Shown: positions 44,963 to 57,174, counted from the first letter of the stretch. The stretch: DNA of 64,000 nt from an uncultured Clostridium sp. (GCA_946411515.1 CAMKEH010000001.1:98087-162086); one strand, 5' to 3'. Notes: generated by a model from the sequence alone, not told the origin. Numbers and translations are program-made.

Positions 44963-46150
44963 TTAAATTAATCTCATTGTTTCTTTTGCAATCATTAATT
45001 CTTCATTAGTTGGTATAACATATACTTTTATTTTTGATTCTGGTTTTGAAATAACTTTTTCTTCACCTCTCATATTGTTTTCGTCTAAATCTATCTCCAC
45101 TCCCATGAAAGCTAATTTTTCACAAATTCCTTGTCTTATTTTTATTTGGTTTTCACCAATACCACCTGTAAATATAATATAGTCTATACCATTCATTGCA
45201 ACAGCATATTTTGCAATGTAACTTGCAATTGAATATTTAAATTCTTCCATAGCAATTCCTGCTCTTTCATGACCTTCATGTGATGCATCTTCAATTACTC
45301 TAAAGTCTGGAGCTAATCCTGATATTCCTGCAGCTCCTGATTTTTTATTTAATATATCTTCCATTTGACTTGCTGTAAGATTTTCTTTTTTCATTAGGTA
45401 AGTTAGTATAGAAGGATCTAAATCTCCGCTTCTAGTTACCATTGGTATTCCACCTAAAGGTGTTAACCCCATAGAAGTATCTATTGATTTTCCTCCATCT
45501 ACAGCACATATACTTGCTCCTTGTCCTAAATGACATGTTACTATTTTTAAATCTTCAACATTTTTATTTTCAATTTCTGCTAATCTTCTAGATACATACA
45601 TATGTGATGTGCCATGTGCACCATATTTTCTTACTCCATATTTTTTATAATATTCATATGGTATTGGATATATATATCTTTCTTTTGGCATTGTTTGGTG
45701 GAATGTTGTATCAAATACAGCTACCATTGGTTTTCCTGGCATTACTTTTTTGCAAGCTTCCATTCCTAATGCCGCTGCTGGATTATGTAGTGGTGCAAAT
45801 TCTCCACATTTTTTAATATCTTCTATTACTTTATCATCAATAACTGCTGAATCTTTAAATGTTTCTCCTCCATGAACTACTCTGTGTCCTACAGCTTCAA
45901 TTTCATTTAATGAATCAATTACTTTATATTCTGGATTTGTAAATTGCTCTAAAGTAAATTCTATAGCTTCTTTATGGTCATAAGCTGGTTTTTGAATTTC
46001 AACTTTTTTTCCTAATGCTTTATGTGTTATAAAAGCTTCTTCTTCTCCTATTCTTTCATATTTTCCAGAAGCTAAAACTTCATCTGTTTCCATATTAATT
46101 AATTGGTATTTTAATGATGAACTACCACAGTTTAATACTAATACTTTCAT
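44963..46150 (-). CDS. ackA: acetate kinase (copy 1, intact)
   Basis: [16 protein letters not shown]..., VGHRVVHGG and GAHGTSH motifs; the listed 404 aa ORF is extended at the N-terminus by read-through of the repeat element. Confidence 0.85.
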   Translation of the reverse strand: MKVLVLNCGSSSLKYQLINMETDEVLASGKYERIGEEEAFITHKALGKKVEIQKPAYDHKEAIEFTLEQFTNPEYKVIDSLNEIEAVGHRVVHGGETFKDSAVIDDKVIEDIKKCGEFAPLHNPAAALGMEACKKVMPGKPMVAVFDTTFHQTMPKERYIYPIPYEYYKKYGVRKYGAHGTSHMYVSRRLAEIENKNVEDLKIVTCHLGQGASICAVDGGKSIDTSMGLTPLGGIPMVTRSGDLDPSILTYLMKKENLTASQMEDILNKKSGAAGISGLAPDFRVIEDASHEGHERAGIAMEEFKYSIASYIAKYAVAMNGIDYIIFTGGIGENQIKIRQGICEKLAFMGVEIDLDENNMRGEEKVISKPESKIKVYVIPTNEELMIAKETMRLI

Positions 46151-46169
46151 TTTCTTTTTCCTTTCTTTT

Positions 46170-46201
46170 TGAAACAATGGGGACAGTCACCTTTTGTTTC
46201 A
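46170..46201. repeat. 32-nt palindromic element (family 1, copy E2) in ackA leader
   Basis: TGAAACAATGGGGACAGTCACCTTTTGTTTCA, 21 nt upstream of the ackA ATG, same orientation and placement as the addA copy. Confidence 0.8.
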
Positions 46202-46229
46202 TTTATTTTAATTTATATTTTGAAACATT

Positions 46230-47428
46230 TTATCTCTGTCCCAAATGTTTCATTGTTTCTCTTGCTATCATTAACTCCTCATTTGTTGGAATTACATATA
46301 CATCTATTTTTGAATCTTTACTTGATATTTTTTCTTCTTCACCTTTTACTTTATTTTTTTCTTCATCTAATTTCACGCCAAATATTTCTAATTTGTCGCA
46401 TATTGCTTTTCTAGATAAATCTCCTTTTTCTCCAACTCCTGCGGTAAATGTTATAACATCTGCTCCTTGCATTGCAACCATGCATCTTGCAATATATGAT
46501 GCAACTGAATCATGAAATATATCTAATGCTAGTTTTGCATGTTGTCCTCCGAACAGCTGCTTCTGCTTCTATATCTCTAAAATCTAATGACACATTTGAA
46601 ATTCCATATGCTCCTGATTCTTTATTTAATCTATTTTCTACTTCTTCAGCCGTTAGTTTGTCTTTTTGCATAATATATGTCACAACTGACGGATCTAAAT
46701 CTCCACTTCTACTTCCCATAACTACTCCTCCGAAGTGGTGTTAGTCCCATACTTGTTTCTACTGATTTACCATTTTGAACAGCACATACACTTGCTCCTT
46801 GTCCTAAATGACAACTAATTATTTTTAAATCTTTCCTATCTTTTCCAATGATTTCTGCTACTCTTTGTGATACATAATCATGAGATGTTCCATGAGCTCC
46901 ATATTTTCTTATTCCATATTTTTCATAATACTCATATGGAATAGGATATATATATCTTTCCTTTGGCATTGTTTGATGAAATGCCGTGTCAAATACAGCT
47001 ACCATTTTTATATCTGGTATTACTTTTTTGCAAGCTTCCATACCAAGTGCTGCTGCATGGTTATGTAATGGCGCCAGTTCTGCACATTTTTTAATTTCTT
47101 CTATTACTTCATCATTAATTAAAACTGCATCTGAAAATTTTTCTCCTCCGTGAACTACTCTATGTCCTACTCCTGCAAGTTCGCTTAAATCTTTCATTAC
47201 TCCATAGTGATCATTTGTTAATCTATTTAGTACAAATGCTATTGCTTGTTCATGGTCTTTTGCTTGGTGCTCAAATTTATGTTTAACGCCATGTACTTTA
47301 TGTGTTAAAAACGAATTTGGCTGTCCTATTCTTTCAAAATATCCCTTTACAAGCATTTCTTCTGTTTCCATATCAATTACTTGATATTTTAGTGAAGAAC
47401 TTCCTGAATTTAATACTAAAACTTTCAT
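46230..47428 (-). CDS. ackA: acetate kinase paralog (copy 2); two frame breaks at in-frame CGG (46730-46732, 46549-46551)
   Basis: Three ORF fragments; skipping the C of CTT-CGG-AGG restores ...[21 protein letters not shown]..., and of GTT-CGG-AGG restores ...[37 protein letters not shown]...; roughly 60% identical to copy 1. Confidence 0.8.
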
Positions 47429-47445
47429 AAATACCTCCTTTTTAT

Positions 47446-48493
<1,048 letters not shown>

Positions 48494-48582
48494 TTATTAT
48501 ATTATATATATAAAATGTAAAAAGCACAAGTCACTTTTAAATTTTATTATATTATTTTATTTCATCATTTTTTGCATTTATA

Positions 48583-49092
48583 TTATAGTAAACTTTTTAT
48601 TTCTTCATCTTGCTTCAATTCTTCTGATATAAAATGATATGCTTGTTTATTTTGTTTTACAGCAATTAAAGCTAATTCTTTATCATTTCTTAACTCTTCG
48701 CTTGCATATTTTATAATTATTCCTTTATTTTCTACTGCTAATTTTACAATTTCTCTATTATTTCTTAATTCTTTGCTTGCAAAGTAAAGAGCTTGTCCAT
48801 AATTTTTACAAGCTTCTTTTATTATTTCTTCATCATCTCTTAATTTTTCAGAAGCATAGCATATAGTCCATGGAGCCCCTTTTATTCCTTTTAATATCAC
48901 TTCTTTATCATCTTTTAGTTTATCACTTGCAAATTCTAAGCCTTCTGGATCTTGTTCTAAAGCTTTCATTACTACTTCTTTATCATTTTTTAATTCTTCT
49001 GATACTAAATCTAAGAACTTTCCATTTTCACTTACTGCTTTTAATATAAATTCTTTATTTGCTTTATTTTCTATAACTTCTTTTTCGTTCAT
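48583..49092 (-). CDS. DUF4116 repeat protein
   Basis: 169 aa made of repeated ASxELRNDKE(V/I)xLxAVxxN units. Confidence 0.55.
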   Translation of the reverse strand: MNEKEVIENKANKEFILKAVSENGKFLDLVSEELKNDKEVVMKALEQDPEGLEFASDKLKDDKEVILKGIKGAPWTICYASEKLRDDEEIIKEACKNYGQALYFASKELRNNREIVKLAVENKGIIIKYASEELRNDKELALIAVKQNKQAYHFISEELKQDEEIKSLL

Positions 49093-49115
49093 TTTTTCTT
49101 CTTTCTTATTATTGT

Positions 49116-49778
49116 TTATTTTAATTTTGCAATTAATGCTTTTATTTTTATCCCTTGCTCAGAAAACATTTTTTCATGTTCTGTTTCTATATTTTTTTCA
49201 AAAATAGGTTCTTCATGTAAGTCATATGTTTTTTTAACAATTTCAAATCCACTTTCTTCAAAATATGTTAAACTTGATTCAAATAATCCATCATCATCTG
49301 TTTTAAAATAAATCTCCGAATGTGGCTTCAAAAACTCTTTATATTTTTCTAGTTGTCTAGTATGAGTTAATCTCTTCTTCCTATGTTTTCCTTTTGGCCA
49401 AGGATTACAAAAATTAATATATATTCTTTCTACTTCATCTTTTTTACCTAAAATTAAATTTATTCTTTCTATATCAAATCTAGTTAGCATTACATTTTTA
49501 GGTTCTAATTTCTCATTTTCATATTCTTGCTCAATATTTCTTTTAGCTAATCCTAACATTGCATCTACTAAATCTATTGCTAAATAGTTTATATCTTGAT
49601 TTTCTACAGCAAGTTTTGAAATGAATTGTCCTTTTCCACATCCTAATTCTAACATAAATGGTTTATCTTCATCTTCAAAATGACTTTTCCATTTTCCTTT
49701 CCAATTTTCTGGTTCATCTTCATAAAATTTACTTGCTTCTAATTCTGGTCTTGCCCATTTTTTATATCTAATTCTCAA
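49116..49778 (-). CDS. trmB: tRNA (guanine-N7)-methyltransferase
   Basis: 220 aa with LELGCGKGQF SAM-binding motif and TrmB core. Confidence 0.8.
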   Translation of the reverse strand: MRIRYKKWARPELEASKFYEDEPENWKGKWKSHFEDEDKPFMLELGCGKGQFISKLAVENQDINYLAIDLVDAMLGLAKRNIEQEYENEKLEPKNVMLTRFDIERINLILGKKDEVERIYINFCNPWPKGKHRKKRLTHTRQLEKYKEFLKPHSEIYFKTDDDGLFESSLTYFEESGFEIVKKTYDLHEEPIFEKNIETEHEKMFSEQGIKIKALIAKLK

Positions 49779-49921
49779 TTTTTTCTCCTAATCTTCTTTT
49801 AATATTAATTCATTTTAAATCACTGCTAGTATATATCAATTTTATATTTTTTTCAAGCAAAATATATATTGTTAATAACATAAAATTATTATATAATACT
49901 AATATATGAAAGAAGGTAAAT

Positions 49922-50797
49922 ATGGAACTTAAATATGTTATCAAAGAAGATGATATAAATAAAACAATAAATGAAATGTTATTAAACAAATTTAATTTTT
50001 CTAATCGTTTATTAACTAAGCTAATTAAAAATAAAAGAATTTATCTTAATAATAATGTAATTGATACTAGATTTAAAGCCAATAGTCTTGGTATTATAAC
50101 AATTGATTTAGATTTTAATGAAGATAGTTTAAATATTATTCCTACTAAAATGGATTTAGATATAATTTATGAAGATGAATGGATGTTGGTTGTAAATAAG
50201 CCCGCAGGTATTCCTGTTCATCCTTCTAGATTGCATTATGAAGATTCTTTATCTAATGGAGTTAAATATTATTTTGATTCTATAGGTCTAAATAAAAAGA
50301 TAAGGCCAGTAAATCGATTAGATTTAGATACCTCAGGTATTGTTATTTTTGCAAAAAGTGAATATATTCAAGAACAATTTTCTATTCAAATGTCAAAAGA
50401 TATTTTCAAAAAAGAATATCTGTGTATTGTAGATGGTTATCTAAATAAGAAATCTGGAATTATAAATTTTCCTATATCACGAAAAGAAGGAAGCATTATA
50501 GAAAGGACTGTTAATATATCTGGTAAGCCATCTATTACTCTTTTTACTGTATTAAAAGAATTTGATAATTATAGCCTTGTTAATTGTAAATTACAAACTG
50601 GTAGAACTCATCAAATAAGAGTACATATGAATCATTTTGGTCATCCTATTTTAGGAGACACCTTATATGGTAAAAAATCTAATTTAATTAATAGACAAGC
50701 TCTTCATAGTTATAAAATAGAATGTGTTCATCCAGTAACAAAAGAAAAATTGATTTTTACGGCTAAACTGCCTGATGATATGGAATACTTATTATAA
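49922..50797 (+). CDS. RluA-family pseudouridine synthase (RluD-like)
   Basis: 291 aa; catalytic NRLDLDTSGIVIFAKS and HQIRVH motifs. Confidence 0.8.
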   Translation: MELKYVIKEDDINKTINEMLLNKFNFSNRLLTKLIKNKRIYLNNNVIDTRFKANSLGIITIDLDFNEDSLNIIPTKMDLDIIYEDEWMLVVNKPAGIPVHPSRLHYEDSLSNGVKYYFDSIGLNKKIRPVNRLDLDTSGIVIFAKSEYIQEQFSIQMSKDIFKKEYLCIVDGYLNKKSGIINFPISRKEGSIIERTVNISGKPSITLFTVLKEFDNYSLVNCKLQTGRTHQIRVHMNHFGHPILGDTLYGKKSNLINRQALHSYKIECVHPVTKEKLIFTAKLPDDMEYLL

Positions 50798-50840
50798 AAG
50801 AGTATCTAATAAAAATACAATTTTATTAGATACTCTTTTG
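50798..50840. terminator. bidirectional rho-independent terminator between convergent genes
   Basis: AGAGTATCTAATAAAA..TTTTATTAGATACTCT perfect inverted repeat flanked by T/A runs. Confidence 0.6.
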
Positions 50841-50872
50841 GTTAATATGGCTCCGTCCCTACTTATCCATTT
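50840..50872. repeat. GGGACGGA-core element (family 2, copy B) overlapping trxA stop codon
   Basis: Minus strand AAATGGATAAGTAGGGACGGAGCCATATTAACC. Confidence 0.7.
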
Positions 50873-51177
50873 AAAGCTGATTTTATTTTTTCTTTATCTG
50901 TAACACCAACAAAAGTTTTTACAGGTTCTCCATTTTTTAATATTACTAATGTTGGTATACTCATAATTCCATATTCCATTGCTAAATCTTGGTTTTCATC
51001 TACATTTACTTTTCCTACTATAACATTTTCTTTTAATTCTTCGGCAATTTCATCAACTATTGGTGACATCATTTTACATGGTCCACACCAGTTAGCATAA
51101 AAGTCTATTAAAACTGGTTTTTCTGATTTCAAAATCTCCTTTTCATAATTTTCGCTATTTATTTCAATAACACTCAT
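50863..51177 (-). CDS. trxA: thioredoxin
   Basis: 104 aa with WCGPC active site. Confidence 0.9.
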   Translation of the reverse strand: MSVIEINSENYEKEILKSEKPVLIDFYANWCGPCKMMSPIVDEIAEELKENVIVGKVNVDENQDLAMEYGIMSIPTLVILKNGEPVKTFVGVTDKEKIKSALNG

Positions 51178-51178
51178 T

Positions 51179-52055
51179 TTATTTTCCTCCTTTTTTATTT
51201 TTTACATATTGAATCGCTTGTAATCCGGCTGTTGCTCCTTCATATACTGCTTTTGAAACTTGTAGTAATCCACCTGTACAATCTCCACATGCATATAAGC
51301 CTTTAACGTTCGTCTCCATTTTTTCATTAACTACTATTTTATCTTTATCAGTAACTGCTCCTAATTTTTTTGCAAATTCTGTACTTCCGAGCTACTCCTT
51401 GTGCTACGAAAACACCTTCAGTTTTTATTGTATCTCCATCTTCAAATTCAATTTCTTCTACTTTATTTTCTCCTTGAATTTCTTTTATTTTTCTTGTATC
51501 TATTTTTACATTATCAGCTCTAAATTCTGGAGCAGGCTCACCATTTGTTAATATTGTAATATCTTTTACAATATTTATCAAGTCATTTGTTTCAGATAAA
51601 GCATAATTTCCACTTCCAAGTACTGATACACTTTTATTTCTATAGAAGAATCCGTCACAAATAGCACAATAACTTATGCCTTTTCCTTCATAATCTTCAA
51701 TTTTAATATTTTTAGGTCTATTTCTTTTATTTCCTGTTGCTAGAATAACGGTAAGTGCTTCATATTCATCTGTTGTTGTTTTTACAAAAAATCCTTGACT
51801 AGTTATTTCTATTTTTATTACTTCTTCTTTTCTTATTTCTACTCCTAAGTTTTTTGCTTGCTTAATTCCTATTTTATACAATTCTTTCCCATTTATTCCG
51901 TTTTCAAACCCATAATAATTTTCTATAATATCTGTTTTTGATAAACTTGATTCATTTGTTCCTATAACTAATGTTTTTAAATTACCTCTTTTAGCATATA
52001 AGCTTGCAGATATTCCAGCAGGTCCTGTGCCTATTATTATAACATCATATAACAA
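51179..52055 (-). CDS. trxB: thioredoxin-disulfide reductase; frame broken at in-frame CGG 51387-51389
   Basis: N-terminal 235 aa ORF (GTGPAGISA, CAICDG); skipping the C of GCT-CGG-AAG restores ...AQGVAGSTEFAKKLGAVTDKDKIVVNEKMETNVKGLYACGDCTGGLLQVSKAVYEGATAGLQAIQYV...; stop abuts trxA start. Confidence 0.8.
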
Positions 52056-52147
52056 TATTATCCCTCCTAACTTGACACTATTAAATCACAAAAAAATAGG
52101 TTTTGCAACTAATTTGACACAAAACCTATTTAATGTTTCATTAAATT

Positions 52148-52474
52148 TTAAAAATACATTCTATTAGCCATTCTTCCATATACTCCTGTTGTTGAGATTG
52201 TTATAAATTTTATAGCATAAATATCACAATATACTAAACTATCATTTTCAAATGATCTAAGTAAAATATAACTTGCTCCTACGTCTTGTAAGATTCCTAT
52301 TCTATCTACCATATTATTTGTTCCAATTAAGAATTCTACTCTCATTAGTTTTCCTATTTGTTCTCTTAAAAATGCTGGTGTATAAATTGGATTTGTTAAT
52401 ATCTCTGGCATTTCTTCATCTGTACCATTTTGTCTTGTTTGTCTTTTGTTTTCAAATTTATTGTATTCATCCAT
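52148..52474 (-). CDS. gerQ: GerQ/YwdL-like spore coat protein
   Basis: 108 aa with C-terminal ...GASYILLRSFENDSLVYCDIYAIKFITI resembling the GerQ core; lies directly after a CwlJ-like gene as in B. subtilis cwlJ-ywdL. Confidence 0.5.
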   Translation of the reverse strand: MDEYNKFENKRQTRQNGTDEEMPEILTNPIYTPAFLREQIGKLMRVEFLIGTNNMVDRIGILQDVGASYILLRSFENDSLVYCDIYAIKFITISTTGVYGRMANRMYF

Positions 52475-52492
52475 AAATTTTAATTCCCTTCT

Positions 52493-52940
52493 TTATGTAT
52501 TTTTATATTTTTCTGTTGGCCTATAAAAGCAATGTTTTCCGAAGTCTGGTTTTAAATGTTCCTGATCCATTGCTAGGAAAAGTGTTACTGCAATTGGGTC
52601 TAAAAGGATTTAAATACCACAAACATTCTCCTACTTCTCCTAACTTATTTCCAGACAACGCCCAATCTGCTACATAATAATGTATATCTGTTGGATTCAT
52701 ATTATATATATTTTGTGGATTATATTTATTTAATAAATTTTCTGTAGCACAGTCAAACTGTCCTTTTTGAAATATTATATTTCTTATATTACCACCTTCA
52801 GACACTCTAAAGTATTCCCCTTCTGATGCATATGTTCTATTTAAAACAACTGTTGCAACTGCTTTCATCCCATTATCACCTTCTCCACCTGCTTCACACT
52901 CAATTATTCTTGCAAGTAACTCTCTATCTGAATATGCCAT
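52493..52940 (-). CDS. cwlJ: CwlJ/SleB-family spore cortex-lytic hydrolase; frame broken at in-frame CGG 52539-52541
   Basis: Hydrolase_2 domain (RELLARIIECEAGGEG...AVATVVLNR); skipping the C of CTT-CGG-AAA gives C-terminus ...KTRLGKHCFYRP matching the conserved IGNHxF-type tail. Confidence 0.7.
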
Positions 52941-53032
52941 TATATCACTACTCCTATATTGATTATATTAATAACTATATAAAAAGGTTACATATAAGAA
53001 AAAAGAAAGTGAAAATCACTTTCTTGATCAAA

Positions 53033-54175
53033 CTATATTTCAACTATTTTTTCCCAAGGCAAATCTTTTTTTCCAAAATGTCCATAATTAGTAGTTTTTC
53101 TGTAAATTGGTTTTTGTAATTCTAAATAATTTATTATTCCTCTTGGTGTTAAATCAAATTTATTTTCAATTTTACCTATAATTTCTTCTTCTAAAATTGT
53201 ATTTGTTCCAAAAGTATCTACATATATAGAAACAGGTTTTGCAACTCCTATGCTATATGCAAATTGTATTTCACATTTTTTTGCATACCCATTTGCAACT
53301 ATGTTTTTTGCTAAAAACCTTGCCATATATGCTGCAGATCTATCTACTTTCGTTGCATCTTTTCCTGAAAAAGCTCCTCCACCATGTCTTGCATATCCAC
53401 CATAAGTATCAACTATTATTTTTCTTCCTGTTAGTCCACTATCTCCTAAAGGTCCTCCTATTACAAATCTTCCTGTTGGATTTATGTAATATTTTGTTTT
53501 ATTATCTAATAATTCTTTAGGCACAATATAATTTATAACTTTTTCTTCTATATCTTTTTTTAGAATTTCCATATTAATATCTGAATTGTGCTGAGTAGAT
53601 ACTACTATTGTATCTATTCTAATCGGTTTTTCATTTTCATATTCAACAGTTACTTGAACTTTTCCATCTGGTCTTAAATAATTTATTATTCCTTCTTTTC
53701 TAACTTCTGATAATCTTTTTGCTAATTTATGTGATAATGATATTGGAAGTGGCATTAACTCTTCTGTTTCATCACATGCAAACCCAAACATTAATCCTTG
53801 ATCTCCTGCACCTTCAGACGCCACATTTTGTCCTTCTTTTGTTTCTAAAGATTTATCTACTCCTAATGCAATATCTGGAGATTGTTTAGATAAGTTTATT
53901 TCAATTTCACATGTTCTATAATCCATATCTAAATTACTATTATCATATCCTATTTCTTTAATAGCGTTTCTTATAACCTCTTCAATATTAACTTCTGCTG
54001 TAGATGTAATTTCACCTGTTACAAATATTTTTCCTTTTCCTGCAACAGTTTCACATGCTACTCTTGCATTTTTGTCTTTTTCTAAAAAGCTATCCAAAAC
54101 ACTATCTGATATATAATCACATAATTTATCTGGATGTCCTTCTGTCACACTTTCTGATGTGAATAATCTTCTCAT
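53033..54175 (-). CDS. metK: S-adenosylmethionine synthetase
   Basis: MetK motifs GHPDK, GAGDQG and DTYGG; probable start at [17 protein letters not shown]. Confidence 0.9.
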   Translation of the reverse strand: MRRLFTSESVTEGHPDKLCDYISDSVLDSFLEKDKNARVACETVAGKGKIFVTGEITSTAEVNIEEVIRNAIKEIGYDNSNLDMDYRTCEIEINLSKQSPDIALGVDKSLETKEGQNVASEGAGDQGLMFGFACDETEELMPLPISLSHKLAKRLSEVRKEGIINYLRPDGKVQVTVEYENEKPIRIDTIVVSTQHNSDINMEILKKDIEEKVINYIVPKELLDNKTKYYINPTGRFVIGGPLGDSGLTGRKIIVDTYGGYARHGGGAFSGKDATKVDRSAAYMARFLAKNIVANGYAKKCEIQFAYSIGVAKPVSIYVDTFGTNTILEEEIIGKIENKFDLTPRGIINYLELQKPIYRKTTNYGHFGKKDLPWEKIVEI

Positions 54176-54224
54176 TTTAATCAGTCCTTTCATTTTTTAT
54201 TTTAATATTTCTATATATGCATCA

Positions 54225-54400
54225 AAAAACCTTTGCACTAAAAGTACAAAGGCTTTAATTTTTAGATTTATAAAAATCATCATCCAAAGTACTTTCTACT
54301 TTGTCGGTATTAGCACCTAACTAAATAGGTTGCTGTGGAGTCACAAAGCCGATTCTCTCGTCCACTCTTGATAACATATATAATTTTAATTCATTAATAT
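54225..54400 (-). promoter_or_regulatory. SAM-I (S-box) riboswitch leader of metK
   Basis: Minus strand GTTATCAAGAGTGGA...CTCCACAGCAACC...AGGTGCTAATACCGACAAAG...GAAAG resembles the S-box consensus; by-eye match only. Confidence 0.6.
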
Positions 54401-54441
54401 TATAATAACTAAAAACATTCATGTCAATACTTTTTTAGACA

Positions 54442-55497
54442 TTATTCTACTATTTTTCCACCACCTATAACAATATCTTCTATATAAAATACAGCTGATT
54501 GTCCAGGAGTTATTGCTCTTTGAGGTTCTAAAAACTCTACTATTATCTTATCATTTTCTTGGATAATTTTAGCTTTAGCTACTTTTGAAGAATATCTTGT
54601 TTTAACATCAACTTCTATTGGTTTTTCTATTTTATCAAATAACAATAGATTTATATCATTAACTACTATTTCTTTTTTATATAATTCACTTTCTTCTCCA
54701 ACGATTAATTCATTTTTTGTTCTATTAAATCCTATTACAAATAGAGGAACTTTATATGATATTCCTAATCCTTTTCTTTGACCAATAGTATATTTGTATA
54801 ATCCCGTATGTTTTCCTAAAATTTCTCCTTTGCTATTTACAATATTTCCTTCTTTGGGTTTTATATCAGAATTATTTTCTAAGAATTTTTTATAATTACC
54901 ATCTGGAACAAAACAAATATCTTCACTATCTGGCTTATTTGCAACTTTTAAATTATTCTCACTTGCAATTTTTCTAATTTCTGATTTATCTTCAAAATCA
55001 GCTAATGGGAAAATAACATGCTCTATTAATTCTTTAGGTATATTCCAAAGCACATAACTTTGATCTTTTTTACCAGCATTTGATTTTTTTAGTATCCATC
55101 TTTTATATTTTTCATTATATTCAGTTTTTGCGTAATGTCCTGTTGCTATAAACTCACATCCTAATTCTTTTGCTTTTTCCCACATTATTCCAAACTTCAT
55201 ATATTTATTGCATTCAATACATGGATTAGGAGTTTTACAATTTGCATAGCAATCAATAAAGTCATCTATTACATGCTTCTTAAACTCATCTTTACAATTA
55301 TATGTAAAATGAGGTATCCCTATTTGATTACATACATTTTTTGCATCTATATATGTATTTATATTACAACAACTACTTCCTGCAAATAGTTCTAAGGTTG
55401 TTCCTATTACTTCATATCCTTGTTCTTTTAAAAGTAGAGCTGAGACACTACTGTCTACTCCTCCACTCATTCCTAATAATACTTTTTTGTTTTCCAT
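54442..55497 (-). CDS. mnmA: tRNA-specific 2-thiouridylase
   Basis: 351 aa; PP-loop LGMSGGVDSSV and catalytic Cys motifs. Confidence 0.85.
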   Translation of the reverse strand: MENKKVLLGMSGGVDSSVSALLLKEQGYEVIGTTLELFAGSSCCNINTYIDAKNVCNQIGIPHFTYNCKDEFKKHVIDDFIDCYANCKTPNPCIECNKYMKFGIMWEKAKELGCEFIATGHYAKTEYNEKYKRWILKKSNAGKKDQSYVLWNIPKELIEHVIFPLADFEDKSEIRKIASENNLKVANKPDSEDICFVPDGNYKKFLENNSDIKPKEGNIVNSKGEILGKHTGLYKYTIGQRKGLGISYKVPLFVIGFNRTKNELIVGEESELYKKEIVVNDINLLLFDKIEKPIEVDVKTRYSSKVAKAKIIQENDKIIVEFLEPQRAITPGQSAVFYIEDIVIGGGKIVE

Positions 55498-55515
55498 TTC
55501 ATTTTTCCTTTATTT

Positions 55516-56289
55516 TTATTTTATTTTCTTTTCTATATATTCTTTAGCACATCTTCTTATATCTTCCATTTTATTTTTAGTATCTTTATTTTTATATGCA
55601 ATTCTATCAATCATAATATTTATATAATCTTTATTTTTCACATATTCTAAAGACTCTTTAAAATTCAAGTCAAATATAAATGCAATAACACATATCCAAT
55701 AGTCTATAAGTGTTTTTCTGTCCTCAAGTTTTATGCATTCACATTTCATAAAGGTTTCATATACCTTATCACTTATATTTTCATATTCTATATGTTCATT
55801 ATAAACTTCTGGAAAGATGTTTTCCATTTTTTCATATTGTTTAACTCTAAAATTATCTAACTTGTCTGCATCTCTTATAATCTTACATTGTAAAATCTCA
55901 ATATCAGTTAGACCTTCTTCAATTTTATATTTGTTATGATTATATACTGCTTTTTTAATTATTTCATCATATTTATTATCATCAATAAATTTTCTAATCA
56001 AATTGTTTTCAAATAATATTTTCACACCAAATTCTGCATGTTCTAGGTTAACATCATCAAAACTTTCAAAGTCTTTTATTTGTTCGAATCTTCCTATATC
56101 ATGAAGTAATGCTATTAGTTTTGCAAGCTCTACATTTTCATCATCTAATCCTAAACCCTTTGCAATATATTCGCTCTTTTTTACCACTTCATATGTATGT
56201 CTTATTTTTAATTCTATACTCCCATTTCTTACGTCATATCTTTCTAAAAGTTTTTTAAATTGTTTTTCTGCTTTTTGAAAATTTATCAT
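55516..56289 (-). CDS. HD domain phosphohydrolase
   Basis: 257 aa with H..HD motif (LALLHDIGRFEQ). Confidence 0.6.
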   Translation of the reverse strand: MINFQKAEKQFKKLLERYDVRNGSIELKIRHTYEVVKKSEYIAKGLGLDDENVELAKLIALLHDIGRFEQIKDFESFDDVNLEHAEFGVKILFENNLIRKFIDDNKYDEIIKKAVYNHNKYKIEEGLTDIEILQCKIIRDADKLDNFRVKQYEKMENIFPEVYNEHIEYENISDKVYETFMKCECIKLEDRKTLIDYWICVIAFIFDLNFKESLEYVKNKDYINIMIDRIAYKNKDTKNKMEDIRRCAKEYIEKKIK

Positions 56290-56379
56290 ATTCCCTCCTG
56301 AATTAATTTATATTTTATTGACAATTTTTAGAATTCATGATAATATAATAATATAAAAGATAAGAACATAAGCCCTTAT

Positions 56380-56430
56380 CTGTTGGTTGGGAGAGATCTG
56401 TCTTTCGGATAGATCTCTATTTTTCTTTTC
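56380..56430 (+). terminator. strong hairpin plus T-run ending a short promoter-proximal plus-strand transcript (candidate sRNA)
   Basis: GGAGAGATCTGTC-tttcg-GATAGATCTCT then TTTTTCTTTTC; TTGACA-N17-TAATAT promoter about 70 nt upstream (56307-56335). Confidence 0.35.
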
Positions 56431-56540
56431 TTTGAAATATATCTTAATATATATTTATTCCTTGAACAAATATGTACTAAAAATGACATTCCTAAAAAGA
56501 AAGCTATTATTATAAGTAAAATTTTTAATAACTCGTTCAT
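56418..56540 (-). CDS. small hydrophobic peptide ORF (~40 aa) with structured 5' leader
   Basis: RBS AGGGGG 8 nt before ATG; MNELLKILLIIIAFFLGMSF...; TTGACT-N17-TATAAT promoter at ~56665-56695 and a 14-bp leader stem. Confidence 0.3.
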
Positions 56541-56727
56541 AGCTGTTAACCCCCTTCTTTCGTAATTTACATTTAAGCTTTACAAAGCATAAATGCATAG
56601 ATTAGCAAGCTCCATCACATAGGCTTACCACTCTATGCACTTATGCTTGAAGAAAGTTAACTTCCCAACTGCAGGCATTATATCATGCAGAAATTCTATA
56701 GTCAATATAAACCGAACCTTTTTTTGT

Positions 56728-57159
56728 TTATTTTTTATTTAATATATCTTCAACAGTGTGCCATGCTAAAAGAGCACATTTTACTCTAGCTGGCATATTA
56801 GCAACATTTCTAAAAGCTATTGCATCTTCTAATTTTTTTAATTCTTCTTCATTAGTTGTTTCTCTTTTTATCATTTCTATAAAAGTTTTTATTATTTCTT
56901 TTGCTTCTTCTATAGTTTTTCCTTTTAGAGTATCAATCATGATAGAAGTAGATGCTTGTGATATAGCACATCCATGACCAGAAAAAGCCATATCTTGTAT
57001 TATATCTCCATCCATTTTTAATTCTAATGTTATTTCATCTCCACAGTTTGGATTATGTCCTATTTCACAAAAATCCACTTTATCTAATTTCTTTTTGTTA
57101 TAAGAATTCATACTGTGTTCCATAATTAATTCATTATATACATCATTTAAATCTTCCAT
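56728..57159 (-). CDS. sufU: SufU/IscU-type Fe-S cluster assembly scaffold
   Basis: 143 aa with NPNCGDE and GHGCAIS Cys motifs. Confidence 0.8.
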   Translation of the reverse strand: MEDLNDVYNELIMEHSMNSYNKKKLDKVDFCEIGHNPNCGDEITLELKMDGDIIQDMAFSGHGCAISQASTSIMIDTLKGKTIEEAKEIIKTFIEMIKRETTNEEELKKLEDAIAFRNVANMPARVKCALLAWHTVEDILNKK

Positions 57160-57174
57160 TTTGTCTTTACCTTT

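Noticed and set aside
46230-47428. Second ackA as a decayed duplicate pseudogene
   Set aside because: Apart from the two CGG sites the ORF is intact over ~400 codons with all kinase motifs conserved. It has the same break type as the essential genes, so it is not degraded.
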